The notes under the pieces: model-generated
The model's input: the letters and a program-made list of their open reading frames with translations, nothing else
What the model was told of the DNA's origin: nothing
Databases searched by the model: none
Position numbers and translations under genes: made by a program
Shown: positions 14,079 to 27,315 of the stretch, one piece after another
How the letters are laid out: each line of letters opens with the position of its first letter
How positions within the stretch are numbered: the stretch's first letter is position 1
NCBI GenBank assembly: GCA_009914755.4
Contig: CP068257.2
Span: 31,904,001-31,968,000 of the forward strand
DNA length: 64,000 bases
Source of the DNA: the human T2T-CHM13v2.0 reference genome, Homo sapiens
Direction of reading: 5' to 3'

Positions 14079-15798
14079 TCAATGACGCTTTTAAGAGGAA
14101 CCTGTCTTCTCCAACCTGCAAGTCAGGTAAATTTTCTTCTGTGGAGTTCTAAGTAACTAGTGGTAGGATCAACCACATACTGAACATGGTTTGGCTCCAT
14201 AGGGGCTCTCCTGCTTCACTGTGCCTGGACCACCATTCGTTAAGTCAGCTGAAGTGTGCAATCACTCTGCCATTGGTACAGAGTACAAGAAGTGATATTT
14301 GTGATGTACAGTTGTCCCTCTTTATCCTTAGAGGACACATTCTAAGATCCCTAGTGGATGCCTGAAACCACAGTGCTGAACGCTATATATATAGTATGTT
14401 TTTTCCTATACATAAACACCTATGATAAAGTTTAATTTACAAATTAGGCACAGTAAGAGATTAACTATCACTAATACTAAAATAGAACAATTATAACTAT
14501 ATGCCAGCATCAGCTTTGGGGCCATTATTAAGTAAAACAGGGTTACCTGAACACATGCACTGAGATAATATGATAGTCAATCTGATAACCAACAGGGCTA
14601 GTAAGTAACAACATGGATATGCTGGACAAAAAGATTCACGTCTCAGGTTGGACGGCACAAAATTTCATCATGCTATGCTAGACTGGTGTGCAATGTAAAA
14701 TTTATGAATTATTTCTGAAATTTTCCATTTAATATTTTGGACTACAGCTGACTGTGGGTAACTGAAACTGTGGAAAGTAAAATTGTGGATAGGCTGGTGA
14801 CTACTGTATAGGGTCCAAGTCCAGAAAAGGTAGGGTCCTCAATCTGCAGCAACTGCCTGAATGTGATTAGGATGGAGTACCACGCACTGTGGGTTAGTGG
14901 TTCTGAACACAACTAGGCTGAGCAGCGTCAACTATATCAGTATAGCAGAGGGCAACAAGAGGAAGAGGTCTCTTTAGTAGTCTTACAAGACTACTTGTAG
15001 TAGTCTCATGATGATCTTAAGAGATTTTGATGGGCTTGCCTGTATGACCTCAATCGCAGATAAACTGTCCTAGTTCTCTAATAAACAAATATCTCACCCG
15101 TAGAATTAAGATCCCAGAAAAGGAGGTATTTGCTAATTTGTATTATTCCTTTTGGTCTTATATACATGCCACTATCTTCTCCCAGTTTGTGGCTTGTTGG
15201 GTCCATGCTCTTCTTTCCATAAATATTATGTGCCACATAGGGAACTAAGCACTGTGCACACCATGCAAAACAAGACAGACAAGTTCCTTGCCCTCATGGA
15301 GCTTACATTCTACTAGAGATTATATTCTAGTGGAGGAAAAGAACATAGAAGACAGACAATAGTGAAGTAAAAATAAACACAGACATTCATGATCATAAAC
15401 AAATGAAATGGGGATGGACACTTGCTTTTAGTAAGAAACTGTAGGAGAGATATAATTAAGGAGGCTAACATTTAAGTGGAGCTCTGAATAATGAGGAGAC
15501 AGTCATAGTAAGGGGTGGGAACAAATATAAAGTCCAAAGCAGCAAGCTTCTGCTTGGGAAATTGGTAGGACAGCATGGATAGGGTATAGTGAAAAGAGAA
15601 AAAGGGATATAAAAGATCAGGCTGGAAGAGCAGGCAGAAGACAGACTGCACAAAGGGCTTTGAAAGGCATGGTAAGGAATTTGAGTTTTATTCTGAGTAT
15701 TATTAGAATACTGAGGAGTTTCTGAAGCCACTGACAAGCTTAATGTAGTATATGAACTGACCATTTTTTCATTTTTGCCAATTGAGAGATAAGGGTGG

Positions 15799-16101
15799 AG
15801 GCTGGGCACGGTGGCTCATGCCTGTAATCCCAGCACTTTGGGAGGCTGAGGCGGGCAGATCACCTGAGGTCAGGAGTTTGAGACCAGCCTGACCAACATA
15901 GTGAAACCCGGTCTCTACTAAAAAAACAAAAAATTAGCTGGGTGTGGCGGCATGCACCTGTAGTACCAGCTACTCGGGAGGCTGAGGCAGAAGAATCGCT
16001 TTAACTCAGGAGCCAGAGGTTGCAGTGAGCTGAGATCACGCTACTGCACTCCAGTATGGGTGAGAGTGAGACTCTGTCTCAAAAAAAAAAAAAAAAAAAA
16101 A
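15799..16101 (+). mobile_element. Alu
   Basis: ggctgggcacggtggctcatgcctgtaatcccagcactttgggagg ... poly(A). Confidence 0.9.
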
Positions 16102-16154
16102 GTCAGAGAGAGATAAGGGTTGAGATCTATTAGAGTAACAACTGTTAAAAACTT

Positions 16155-16372
16155 TGTTTTGTGAGACAGGTTCTCATCTTACTCTGTTGCCCAAGTAGCT
16201 GGCACTACAGATGTGCACCACCATGCCTGGCTAATTTTTGTATTTTTTTTTTGTAGAGATCGGGTCTCACTACATTGCCCTGGCTAGTCTCAAACTGCTG
16301 GGCTCAAGAGATCCTTCTGCCTTGGCTTCCCAAAGTGCTGGGATTGTAAGCGTGAGCCACTGCACGTGGCCG
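16155..16372 (-). mobile_element. Alu (partial)
   Basis: ctctgttgcccaagtagctggcactacagatgtgcaccaccatgcctggctaatttttg ... gtgagccactgcacgtggcc. Confidence 0.8.
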
Positions 16373-16610
16373 CAAGTTGTATTTAATAGCAATACTAAAC
16401 TTTCCATTTACAAAAATACACAACAAAATGCCTTTAATCTGTATTAGGCACTTACTACTTTTCCAATGGATGTGTTTTATCAGGTTTAAAACAGTTTAAG
16501 ATAAGGAAATGCCATATTCTGAACAATAGGTTACCTTAAGTTTATAACATATTGGCAAGCATTCAAATTACCAAATAAATTTTAAGGTCAAGGAAAGCAC
16601 TCAACCCTGA

Positions 16611-16918
<308 letters not shown>

Positions 16919-16965
16919 TATCTTTATTAACATAAAGTACAGATATGGTTGACAGCATACCATTA

Positions 16966-17223
<258 letters not shown>

Positions 17224-17248
17224 TTAGGATGCACATTTTAGAAACCCA

Positions 17249-17541
17249 GGGACGGGCACAGTGGCTCATGCCTGTACCCCCAGCATTTTGGGAGGCCGAG
17301 GCAGGTGGATCACTTGAGGTCAGGAGTTTGAGACCAGCCTTGGCCAACATGGCAAAACCTCATCTCTACTAAAATACAAAAATTAGCCAGGCATGGTGGC
17401 GGGTGCCTGTAATCCCAGGTACTCAGGAGGCCAAGGCAGGAGAATTGCTTGAACCTGGTAGGAGGAGATCGCAGTGAGCCAGGATCACGTCACTACACTC
17501 TAGCCTGGGAAACAGAGCAAGACCATCTCAAAAAAAAAAAA
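17249..17541 (+). mobile_element. Alu
   Basis: gggacgggcacagtggctcatgcctgtacccccagcattttgggaggccgagg. Confidence 0.9.
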
Positions 17542-18977
17542 GAAATCCAGATTTGTAAATATAATTTAAGTAATCATTTGTACTCATACAAATGACATTT
17601 TCATCCAATGATTCATTTTTGAAAAACTGGGATTCATAATTTGAGAAATATGACTGTCGTCATAAGCATAAGGGAGGTATTTCAAAAAGAAGGCAGGCTG
17701 GCCTAGAGAGCTAGGTTAAGGAGTCAAACGATGACTCTCAGCTCCTTATGTGATAATCTCCCTTCTCTGGGCTTCACTTCAAAAAGATTTAATAATCATC
17801 ATGCCTTAGTTATGAAATGAATCTTGTTTTAGACTCAAAATGTATTATAAAATATCAATTTTTAAACCTTGAAATCTTACAGATAATTAGGTTATCATAA
17901 ATTAAAGGATATACTGAAAACTGGGGTAAGCAAACTTTACACAAAAAGGGCCACATAGTTCTGTCAAAACTACTCGACTCGGCCACCTTAGCAGGAAAGC
18001 AACCAAAGATAATACGAAGATGAATCAATGTGCCAATGTCCAGAAAAATTTAATGGACCCATAAACAGGCAGTGGGTCAGAGATCACTGTTGCCTATCAG
18101 TACTTTAAGTAGCAGGAAACCATCAAAGGTTTGTAACAAATAAACGTGACTCGCTTTCAATAAAACTTTATGTACGGATACTATAATTTGAATTTCATAA
18201 AATTTTCACATGTCACAAAAACCTCATTTATTTCCTGTTCTTTTTCTCAATCATTCATATTTGGTGAGCTGTACAAAAGCAGGCAGCAGAAGGATTTGGT
18301 ATGTGGGCCATAGTTTGCTGACTCCTAATTCAAATAGCGCAATATGCTAGAATATTGGTAGAGAAGGCAAAAATCAAATTCCAACTCATTTCACTTTAGT
18401 TCTGGCACCTGAGACTTAGAAGGATGGATACAACAGCAGTGTAACCTAGGAGATTAACTGAAATGACATTTATAAATAAGTACAATCTGGCACTCAGCAG
18501 TAGTAAATGTTAACTTGTTACATTTACTTACCACAAGACAAACTGGTAACAGGAAAAAGAAAATTGAAAACTTATTTTGATGATGTTGGGATTACATATT
18601 TTAAGAAAAATGTAAGCTGACAATATACAAAACTAACATTTTTTTGAGCACTTAACCTTGGGCAGGGTACTATTTAAAATGCTTGTCATGAAAGAATCCT
18701 ATGAGGGAGATACTATTACTATCACCAATTTGCAGATAAGACAAGGAGGCCCAGATAGGTAAATAACTTGCTGGAGGTCACACAGGTAAGAGGGGGTGGA
18801 GCCTAACAGAAGCAATTTTGCTTCAGATTCTCTCAACAAGTGAAACGATGATCATTGAAAATTTGAGAAAGGAAAAAAAAAAACCCTGTTAAATTACAGT
18901 CTCGGAAGGAACAGCTACTTTAGTGTAACGGGAAAACACATTTTACTTGCCATGTGTATCTGAAATAAACAGATTTT

Positions 18978-19273
18978 TTATTTTATTTATTTATTTATTT
19001 GTTTAGACAGTCTCTCTCTGTCGCCCAGGCTGGAGGGCAGTGGTGTGATCTCAGCTCACTACAACCTCCGCCTCCCGGGTTCAAGCGATTCTCTTGCCTC
19101 ACAGCCTCCCAAGTAGCTGGGATTACGGGCGTGCGCCGCCACGCCAGGCGAATTTTTGTATTTTTAGTAGCGACGGGGTTTCACTACGTTGGCCAGGCTG
19201 GTCTCGAACTCCTGACCTCCAATGGTCAACCCACCTTGGCCTCCCAAGTGCTGGGATTACATCACATCCGGCC
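18978..19273 (-). mobile_element. Alu
   Basis: (TTTA)n, then gacagtctctctctgtcgcccaggctggagggcagtgg, ending atcacatccggcc. Confidence 0.85.
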
Positions 19274-19904
19274 AGAAATAAACAGATCTTTAAATCTAGA
19301 GCAAATGTTACATCTTTAGTTTGAATATAGCAGTAGTGTGGGAAAATTCTGTTTACTCTAGTGGATCACTGAAAATAGCCTTACTACCCAGTGGTGAGGA
19401 CGCCTGGGCTCCTGAGTCTCACACAGCGCCTTGGCCTGGGTAGAGACGCTGCCCCATACTAGCAGGAAGACCTTGGGGGACTTCACTAACCTTGGGCCTC
19501 ATTCCTCAGAATGGGTAACATAAGCAGAATAAGACAGGCAAATAAAGCCGTATCAGAGGATATGGAGAATAAAGTAGAAACCAACTACAAAATTAACCAA
19601 GTAATCTGCCAGAGACAACGGGTGCATAAAGAGAAAGTACACCAATTTAGGGTTATGTCCTAAAAATGTATAAAGACACAAAAAGGCCTTGACATCTTAG
19701 AAAACAGGAAAAGTAAAAGAGCAAATAGAAACCAGCTAACAGTAGCAAGTGAAAAGCACATGGCCAACCCCCACCCACCGCATTTACAAACAACAGGAAA
19801 ATTTCTACAAATCAGTTTCTATGGTTTCACTCAGTTCGCGATCTTAAATCCCCAAACCAAAGCCTAAGCGCGCTCCGTGTAAAAGCGGAGGGGGTTTACG
19901 CACC

Positions 19905-20030
19905 GACACCGGGTGGCCACCTGGTTCCCGCTTGCCCGCTCGCCGGAAGTCGGCCCACCGGGACCGGCGCGGGACCAGCGCGGCACCGCCCCTCACTGCC
20001 CCGCCCTACGACGGCTTCCCTGCCCCATTG
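19905..20030 (-). other. GART: Probable GART non-coding exon 1 (5'UTR) inside the CpG island; boundaries approximate
   Basis: The coding exon at 17162 begins with an acceptor, so a 5'UTR exon must lie upstream. Candidate minus-strand donors are GTGTCG|gtgcgt (exon end about 19904) or AACCAG|gtggcc (about 19919). A CCAAT box (ATTGG at 20027-20031 on plus) and a CTTCCGG ETS motif lie just upstream. The TSS is not determinable from sequence. Confidence 0.3.
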
Positions 20031-20931
20031 GTCCGCGCGGCCCTGGGTCTCCGCGGCGAGAATCTAGTCTGATTCCCTCCCGCCCTGGGCGCTGCCTGAC
20101 TGCTCCCCAGCCGAGACACCCAAGCCTTAGCACGTTTATAATGTGACAGTGGTACGGGGTGCCACGCAGTGTTTCCAGGAGCGCCGGGGGGGAGCGCCAA
20201 AATGCTAAACCCATTCTTAGCCAATTGTGCGCCGCTCACGAGTCAGAGCTGAGCAGCTACCGCGGAAAAATCTCGTGACACGCCTGACTCCTGATGAGAC
20301 TAAAATGCACCGGGCTTTGAATGCCGGTCGCTTAGGACATCCGGCCTATTGCTAAAAAAAAAAATGAGGCTGGTTATAGAACGCACTGGGGAAGACACAG
20401 GGCAACAGCGAGTTCCTCCTCTCACATGCCAGTGGGGGCGGGGGCTGAAAAATTCTCTCCCGGATGCATATCCCTGTCGAAACTGAACTTGGCGCCACCT
20501 GAGAGCGCCTGAAAGCCGTGTGTTAAACACCGGGTTGCCCTTCTTGCTCTTCTTCCTCTTCGCCTTTAATCTCAGGCACTTAGCAAGCCTGTTAAGGCTC
20601 CCAAACACTGCTGGGGACTGACAACTTATGCGGACACGGTCGCCTCAAGAGAGACGGCTCCTGTAATGGCGCCTGCGTCAGACACTAACATGGCGGACAT
20701 AGTCGTGCGCGGCGCAAACGTCAGCACCTCTACCCCAGCCGCTCAGAAACAGCAGAGGAGAGCAGGGCCGTGCTCACTGATTGGTCCCTCGGTGGAGCGG
20801 GCCGGACCGGGCATTCCCTTTGGAGCCAATCAGGAAGGCGAGAGACCGAATTGGCCGCTGCGCCTCCTCCCGAGGCATGCTGGGAGCCTGGAGGACTAGC
20901 GAGGAGGAGTTGAGAGAACGGAGCGGACGCC

Positions 20932-21008
20932 ATGGCGACCAACATCGAGCAGATTTTTAGGTCTTTCGTGGTCAGTAAATTCCGGGAAATTCAACAGGAG
21001 CTTTCCAG
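20932..21008 (+). CDS. SON: SON exon 1 coding part (MATNIEQIFRSFVVSKFREIQQELS(S)); 5'UTR extends upstream to about 20.7 kb
   Basis: ATG at 20932. Donor TCC AG|gtaaac at 21009. Links in frame to exon 2 (AG|T = Ser). Confidence 0.85.
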
Positions 21009-22959
21009 GTAAACGCCTCCCAGATTCTTCTGCTCCCAACGGACCGTTAGGCCCTCACCTAGCCTTCTTTGGCACCTTTCTTCGGAGACGCAGTCGTTCC
21101 CCGGCTCAGGCCCCGCTAGGGCCCCGCCTGGGCCTGGGATCCATTTTCCGGGCCCCCCCCAACCGCCCCCCCAGCCGCTCCCTTCCTTTTCCCTCGAGGA
21201 ACTTCGCCTTTTCCGAGGTAACCCAAGACTCCCTGTTTCAGAACCGAGTTAAGATGTTCACCCTTCTCCCCTGTTTGGGTCCCCCCTGCCGTTTAGCTAC
21301 TCGTAGGCCCGGTTGTCCGCCAGGGACGGGCCTAGTTCCTTCCTCAGCTCCTCCTCCGCCGCCGCGTATCCCCTCCCCCTCTCCGCCTCCGCGGATTTTG
21401 CCGGCCGGTGCCTATGACCGGAAAGGGTCTCTAACGGCCGTTTCTTGGTTAATCTTAAATCCTCTTTATTATTGCGAGCTTCAGACCGCTTGGGGGTCTG
21501 GATCTATTAATAAGATTATTCGGGGCCTAGTGTCCTGTAGTATCTGTCAGCCGTTCTGATAGTTAAATGTTTCAATTAAAACGAACTCAAACTGATGCAC
21601 TTGCTAGTTTGTTAAAATACTCGAGATAAAGATGGAAGGGGACTTTGAAATGGTTGCGATTAATTACAGCAAGTGAAAGTGGACTTTGTGTGTAGGTCTA
21701 TTATTTTCTTGCTACCCCTGCCCCAGTTGACACGCTATTTTTGTCATTGCTGGTAGACTTTACATAATTTGCGCTTGGCTTCACAAAATTTGAAGGCGAA
21801 GAGATTGTTAAAGAAATGGTTGTTTACTTAGGAAAATAGTGTGTCATGTTCAGCGGTTGTCTCTCGATATTTGCTTTTGTATAAGATACTCATTTCTTTA
21901 AAGTACAGAAGTAGGAAAGAGATCTTGAAACGTAAGTGTTCCGAGTTCAAGTGTTTTTAATTGTATTTTAAAAGTTGAGAGCAAGAGCAGTACGTGAATT
22001 TGAAAATGGGCCGAAAACCAGTTGTAAGTGCCCAAAGTAATACAGGATTATTAGGGCAATGATGTATTATTGCTAGAATTATCACTTTTGCAGAATGTGT
22101 TGTTTTTTAAGTGGAAATAGATCCACTCACATTGCTTTTTAAATTTTTGTGATATTGCTAGTAGTGTTTTGGATGAGAAGAGACCCGAGCTAAGAGAATA
22201 TAATTTTCCTGACAAATCTCTGGCTGCAATAAGTAGTTGTTTGCTTAGTTTAACGAGGTGTGTTTTTGTAGCTTTTAAAAGCTAGTCTTTCCTTTAGAAA
22301 ATGAGCGTTTTATTATAATTTAGAAGACATGAAAAAGGAGAAAAGAAAAAACTCACGTTATTGATATTCTCATGTCATTTCATTTCCCCCCCCATGTATT
22401 GTGTGATATGTGATCATCTTGTTTTGTATTGATCATTTTTCCAGCTAATACGTTGTGAACAGGTTTATCCCTCTCAGTCTCAGTCTTTTGGACTTCTTCA
22501 TGGCTGCATAGAATCCCATTGTAGGAATATACTGTTGCATATTTAGGTGGTTTGAAATTTTCATTGCTTTTCAGTAAATGCGGTTAACGATTGCTGGCTT
22601 TAAGATGAAATCATTACTTCCTTGTAGATTAACTTTTAAAACCATAATTACTTTTCTGATTTTCAAATTTGTCATAATTATGTATAAATGCTTAGGAAAA
22701 TTGTAAAATAAAGTGCTACAGAAGGAATATCTAAAAATAATATTAGACGAAGCAGTTTATTACTAGAGGAATATGCAGCTTCTCTTCAACACATAATGCG
22801 TTATCAGTCTGCAAACAAGTTTTTGATTATTTGCCATTTCAGTGAGCTGTTTTTTTTCTCATCTGCTTTTATGTAAATTAGAGTAATGAGGCTGACATTT
22901 AGATAGTTAAAACAAGTTATCGAACTTCTGTTATAGATGGTGTGTAAGAATATGGCCTC

Positions 22960-23115
22960 TGGTTTGAGTACCAGCTTCACCTCTTAGTAGCTGTGTGACC
23001 TTCAGCTAAGTTTCTTCATTTATAAAAGAATAATAGTGGTGATCTCAGAGTTTTGTTAGGATTAAATGAGTTAATGTAGAACAGTATGACACTAGTAGTC
23101 AATAAATGATAATTA
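22960..23115. mobile_element. MIR SINE fragment
   Basis: agctgtgtgaccttcagctaagtttcttcatttataaaag...ggattaaatgagttaatgtagaacagt. Confidence 0.6.
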
Positions 23116-24052
23116 TTATAACTATAATTATACAATTCATTGTATTAGAAAGCCAGATGTTCCTTAATAATAATTAGGTAACTACTGAATTTTTTTTGGT
23201 TTTTGACCATTCAGACTTTTATCAGGTAGTGGAGCATAATTGATGTGTTTTCATTTAGCTAAAATTGAAGTTAAAATCAAACTGTTGCTGAAAGTATTTG
23301 ATTTTTCAAAATTTTGCAAATTCACACAAAAATAGTAAAAATTACTGGGCGAATGATATGTTCTTACCTATTTAAAAATTTCTCTGGCCCTGTGAATGGA
23401 ACATGTGTTAAGCCATCTATGCTTTTACTGTTGGTATAAATGCCACTTGTTTTATGTGAGTTTTATAAACCAGAGTTCTTGATAATTGTGTAAAAATTAC
23501 ATAAATTATTTTCCTTTTTAAGTTCAGTGGCATTTCAGTAGCAATGTAAGCCTGGACAGAGGTTACAGGTTACCCTTTTTATTCAGTGTGCCTGTGGCTA
23601 ACTTTTGTGTTCCTTGATACTATTGATGGTGATTGTGATTTATGCACAGCTGTGGCTTTAATGTAGCCATGGTTTCTACCATAATGTTAGGCCACATGTT
23701 TTTCTTTTGATTTGTGACCGGGCTCTTATTAATTTTTCTCCCCTGAAAGAAATATGTGGGTATCCCAAAAGCCTAAAGTTAGATTTCTGAAATTATTTTG
23801 TTTAACAAAGAGTGTACTTAGAAACCTGTTTTCTTAATTTTCATAGTTCTGAAAACTTTAATTGTATAAAAATGAAATGTCCAAAATATAAGTAGATCAT
23901 GGTAAGAAGCATTATTAGTGGTGAATATCTAAAATAGGAAAAAGGTAAAACATCTGACAGTCAGTACAACATATGATTATTGTAATTAATTGGATTTTTT
24001 TATTAATGGTATGATAAAATATTAATGAATTTCGATAACTTTTCATGTCAAG

Positions 24053-24219
24053 TGGAAGGAATGAAGGCCAGCTGAATGGTGAAACAAATACACCCATTGA
24101 AGGAAACCAGGCGGGTGATGCAGCTGCCTCTGCCAGGAGTCTACCAAATGAAGAAATAGTGCAGAAGATAGAGGAAGTACTTTCTGGGGTCTTAGATACA
24201 GAACTACGATATAAGCCAG
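24053..24219 (+). CDS. SON: SON exon 2 (GRNEGQLNGETNTPIEGNQAGDAAASARSLPNEEIVQKIEEVLSGVLDTELRYKP)
   Basis: ORF 24045..24272(+). Acceptor tgtcaag| at 24051-52, donor CCA G|gtaagt at 24220. Confidence 0.9.
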
Positions 24220-24291
24220 GTAAGTTGGAGATAATTAACTGTCTCAAAAATTTTCTTTTAAGATTTTTTTGAAATTTGAAGGTTAATGTTA

Positions 24292-24630
<339 letters not shown>

Positions 24631-24773
24631 TTTTTTTTTCAGTAAATTTAAGCTTTTGTTTAATTGATTTAATGAAGACTTTCTTGTTTAAATTTTCCTT
24701 CCATACTTCCACTGGAAAACAAACATTGATGTACTTGTTTACTCTGCTGGTAGAATATAATTTTTATTTTTGA

Positions 24774-25121
<348 letters not shown>

Positions 25122-25543
25122 TGATTAAGTTTCTTAGTATCAGGAATTTGAGTATGGATTTTTATTAAACAGTTGTGTAAAAATACCCATCCCACTTAAA
25201 CTGCAGTGGATGGAGAGGAATCATTGCTTGAATATTTAGCGTTTTTGGAATTGATTAATTGATGTTTAGAAATGAAGGATTTAGCCACAAAAATAACAGT
25301 CATTACCTTGATTTAGTTCTGGAATCAAGTTTGTAATATGGTTGGTTTGTCCTCTTTTTTGGGGGGAACTTTAGCTGTGCTTAGATTCATGACTCTCAAA
25401 CAGACTTGCTTAGATTCATGGCTCTAACAACCTTCATTGAAGTATGACTTATCTAACATTTTGTATTATGAAACAAACAATTAATAGAAAATGGTAAGTT
25501 TTGCTTTGGCCTATGTCAAGTGTTGATTTATTTTCTTCTGTAG

Positions 25544-25862
<319 letters not shown>

Positions 25863-25988
25863 TTTTTTCTGTAGTCTTAATGGCTCAGATTTCTGATGAG
25901 CTTTTTTGGGGGTCCCTAAGATTTATCTAATTTGATATTGGCATTAGAGTAAATAAATCCCATCTGGTTGTTAAAGTTGAATACTCCC

Positions 25989-26290
25989 ATCTCTTTAGGG
26001 TATGTAAATTCAAACCTTCTTAAGTTGTAAATTAAGGACTAAGAATTTCCTCTCTAAAATCAGTATTCTTTTCTAAAATAGAAACATTTGAAAAGTTATT
26101 TATTAGTGGTTTTAGAATAGTATTGGGGGAAAATGTTATCTCTTTAGGGTATGTAAATTCAAACTTTCTTAAGTTATAAGGACTAAGAATTTCCTCTCTA
26201 AAATCAGTATCCTTTTCTAAAACAGAAACATTTAAAAAGTTATTTTAGTGGTTTCAGAATAGTATTGGGGGAAAATATTATTTTTATTAG
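25989..26290. repeat. Tandem duplication, about 150 bp x 2, in SON intron 2
   Basis: atctctttagggtatgtaaattcaaac...agtattgggggaaaat occurs twice, head-to-tail, at about 95% identity. Confidence 0.8.
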
Positions 26291-26922
26291 AATGTAACGT
26301 AGGCATGATAAGGTAAAATTTGAGTTCTCTATGAATATTTTATATTTGTTATTCAGATATTTTTATACTCTGTAGAAGCAATCACTAACCTTTGTTGAAA
26401 GCTTATTCTGTGCCAGGCATTATTTGATGTACTTTGCATGTTTTAACTCACTTTATCCTCTAACTCTAGAAGACACAAGTGTGTCAGTAATTTGGCCAAG
26501 ACCATTAACCTAGTAAGTGATGAACTGATTGAGGATTCAAAAGTGGCAGTCTGTTCCAGAGCCAGTGCCATGTTGCTTCCTGTATAAACAAGGGTTAATA
26601 ATCGCAAAAATTATATTATGTGGGTATTTTTAATAGAAACTGTAGCAACTAATAACATGAAATATATTCAGTGACAAAAGTAGTTTAAAAGTAATTTTGC
26701 TATGATTTGAGAGCTGGAGGGAATAATTATTTTAATAGAATTTAGTGAAACATGTCTTAATGTAATTCAAAGTAAGTTTTGGTGTTTAATAATTTATTTT
26801 TAACCCAGGCATTAGTTGTGGAAAGAATTATCAGAAAAGTAGTAGTCTCCAGGTTAACTGTTTTATGAAAAATAGTTTATTTGGTAACTTTTAATTTAAC
26901 GTGAGGTGTTATACTGTGGGGT

Positions 26923-27212
26923 TTTTTTTTTTTTTTGAGACAGAGTCTTGCTCTGTTGCCTAGGCTGGAGTACAGTGGTGCAATTTCAGCTCACTGAAAC
27001 CTCGACCTACTGGGTTCAAGTGATCCGCCTCAGCCTCCCAAATAGCTGGGACTACAGGTGCGCGTCACCATGCCTGGCTAATTTTTGTATTTTTAGTAGA
27101 GATGGGGTTTCACCATGCTGGCCAGGCTGGTTTTGAACTCCTGACCTCATGATCCACCTGCCTTGGCCTCTCAGAGTGCTAAGATTACAGGCGTGAGCCA
27201 CTGTACTTGGCC
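26923..27212 (-). mobile_element. Alu, about 100 bp upstream of SON exon 3
   Basis: Poly-T, then gagacagagtcttgctctgttgcctaggctggagtacagtgg, ending ccactgtacttggcc. Confidence 0.9.
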
Positions 27213-27315
27213 TGTACTAAGGTGTTTTAACATGGAATGTAAATATGGGTTTATATGATTTAATCTAACTCTACTTTGGGGAATGTCTGACAAAATTAAT
27301 TTCTATTACTTTTAG

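Larger units (their letters stand above)
19840..21460. promoter_or_regulatory. CpG island and bidirectional (head-to-head) promoter of GART (-) and SON (+)
   Basis: GC and CpG density rises sharply, which contrasts with the surrounding sequence. GART exons run upstream on minus and the SON ATG lies at 20932 on plus. CCAAT/ATTGG motifs sit at 20027-20031, 20780-20784, 20826-20830 and 20850-20854. No TATA box is evident. Confidence 0.8.

Noticed and set aside
20300-20310. CUGAUGAG (hammerhead ribozyme core octamer) at about 20,302 in the CpG island
   Set aside because: The required stem II, GAAA and stem III arrangement is not present downstream. A single 8-mer is expected by chance in 128 kb of two-strand sequence.
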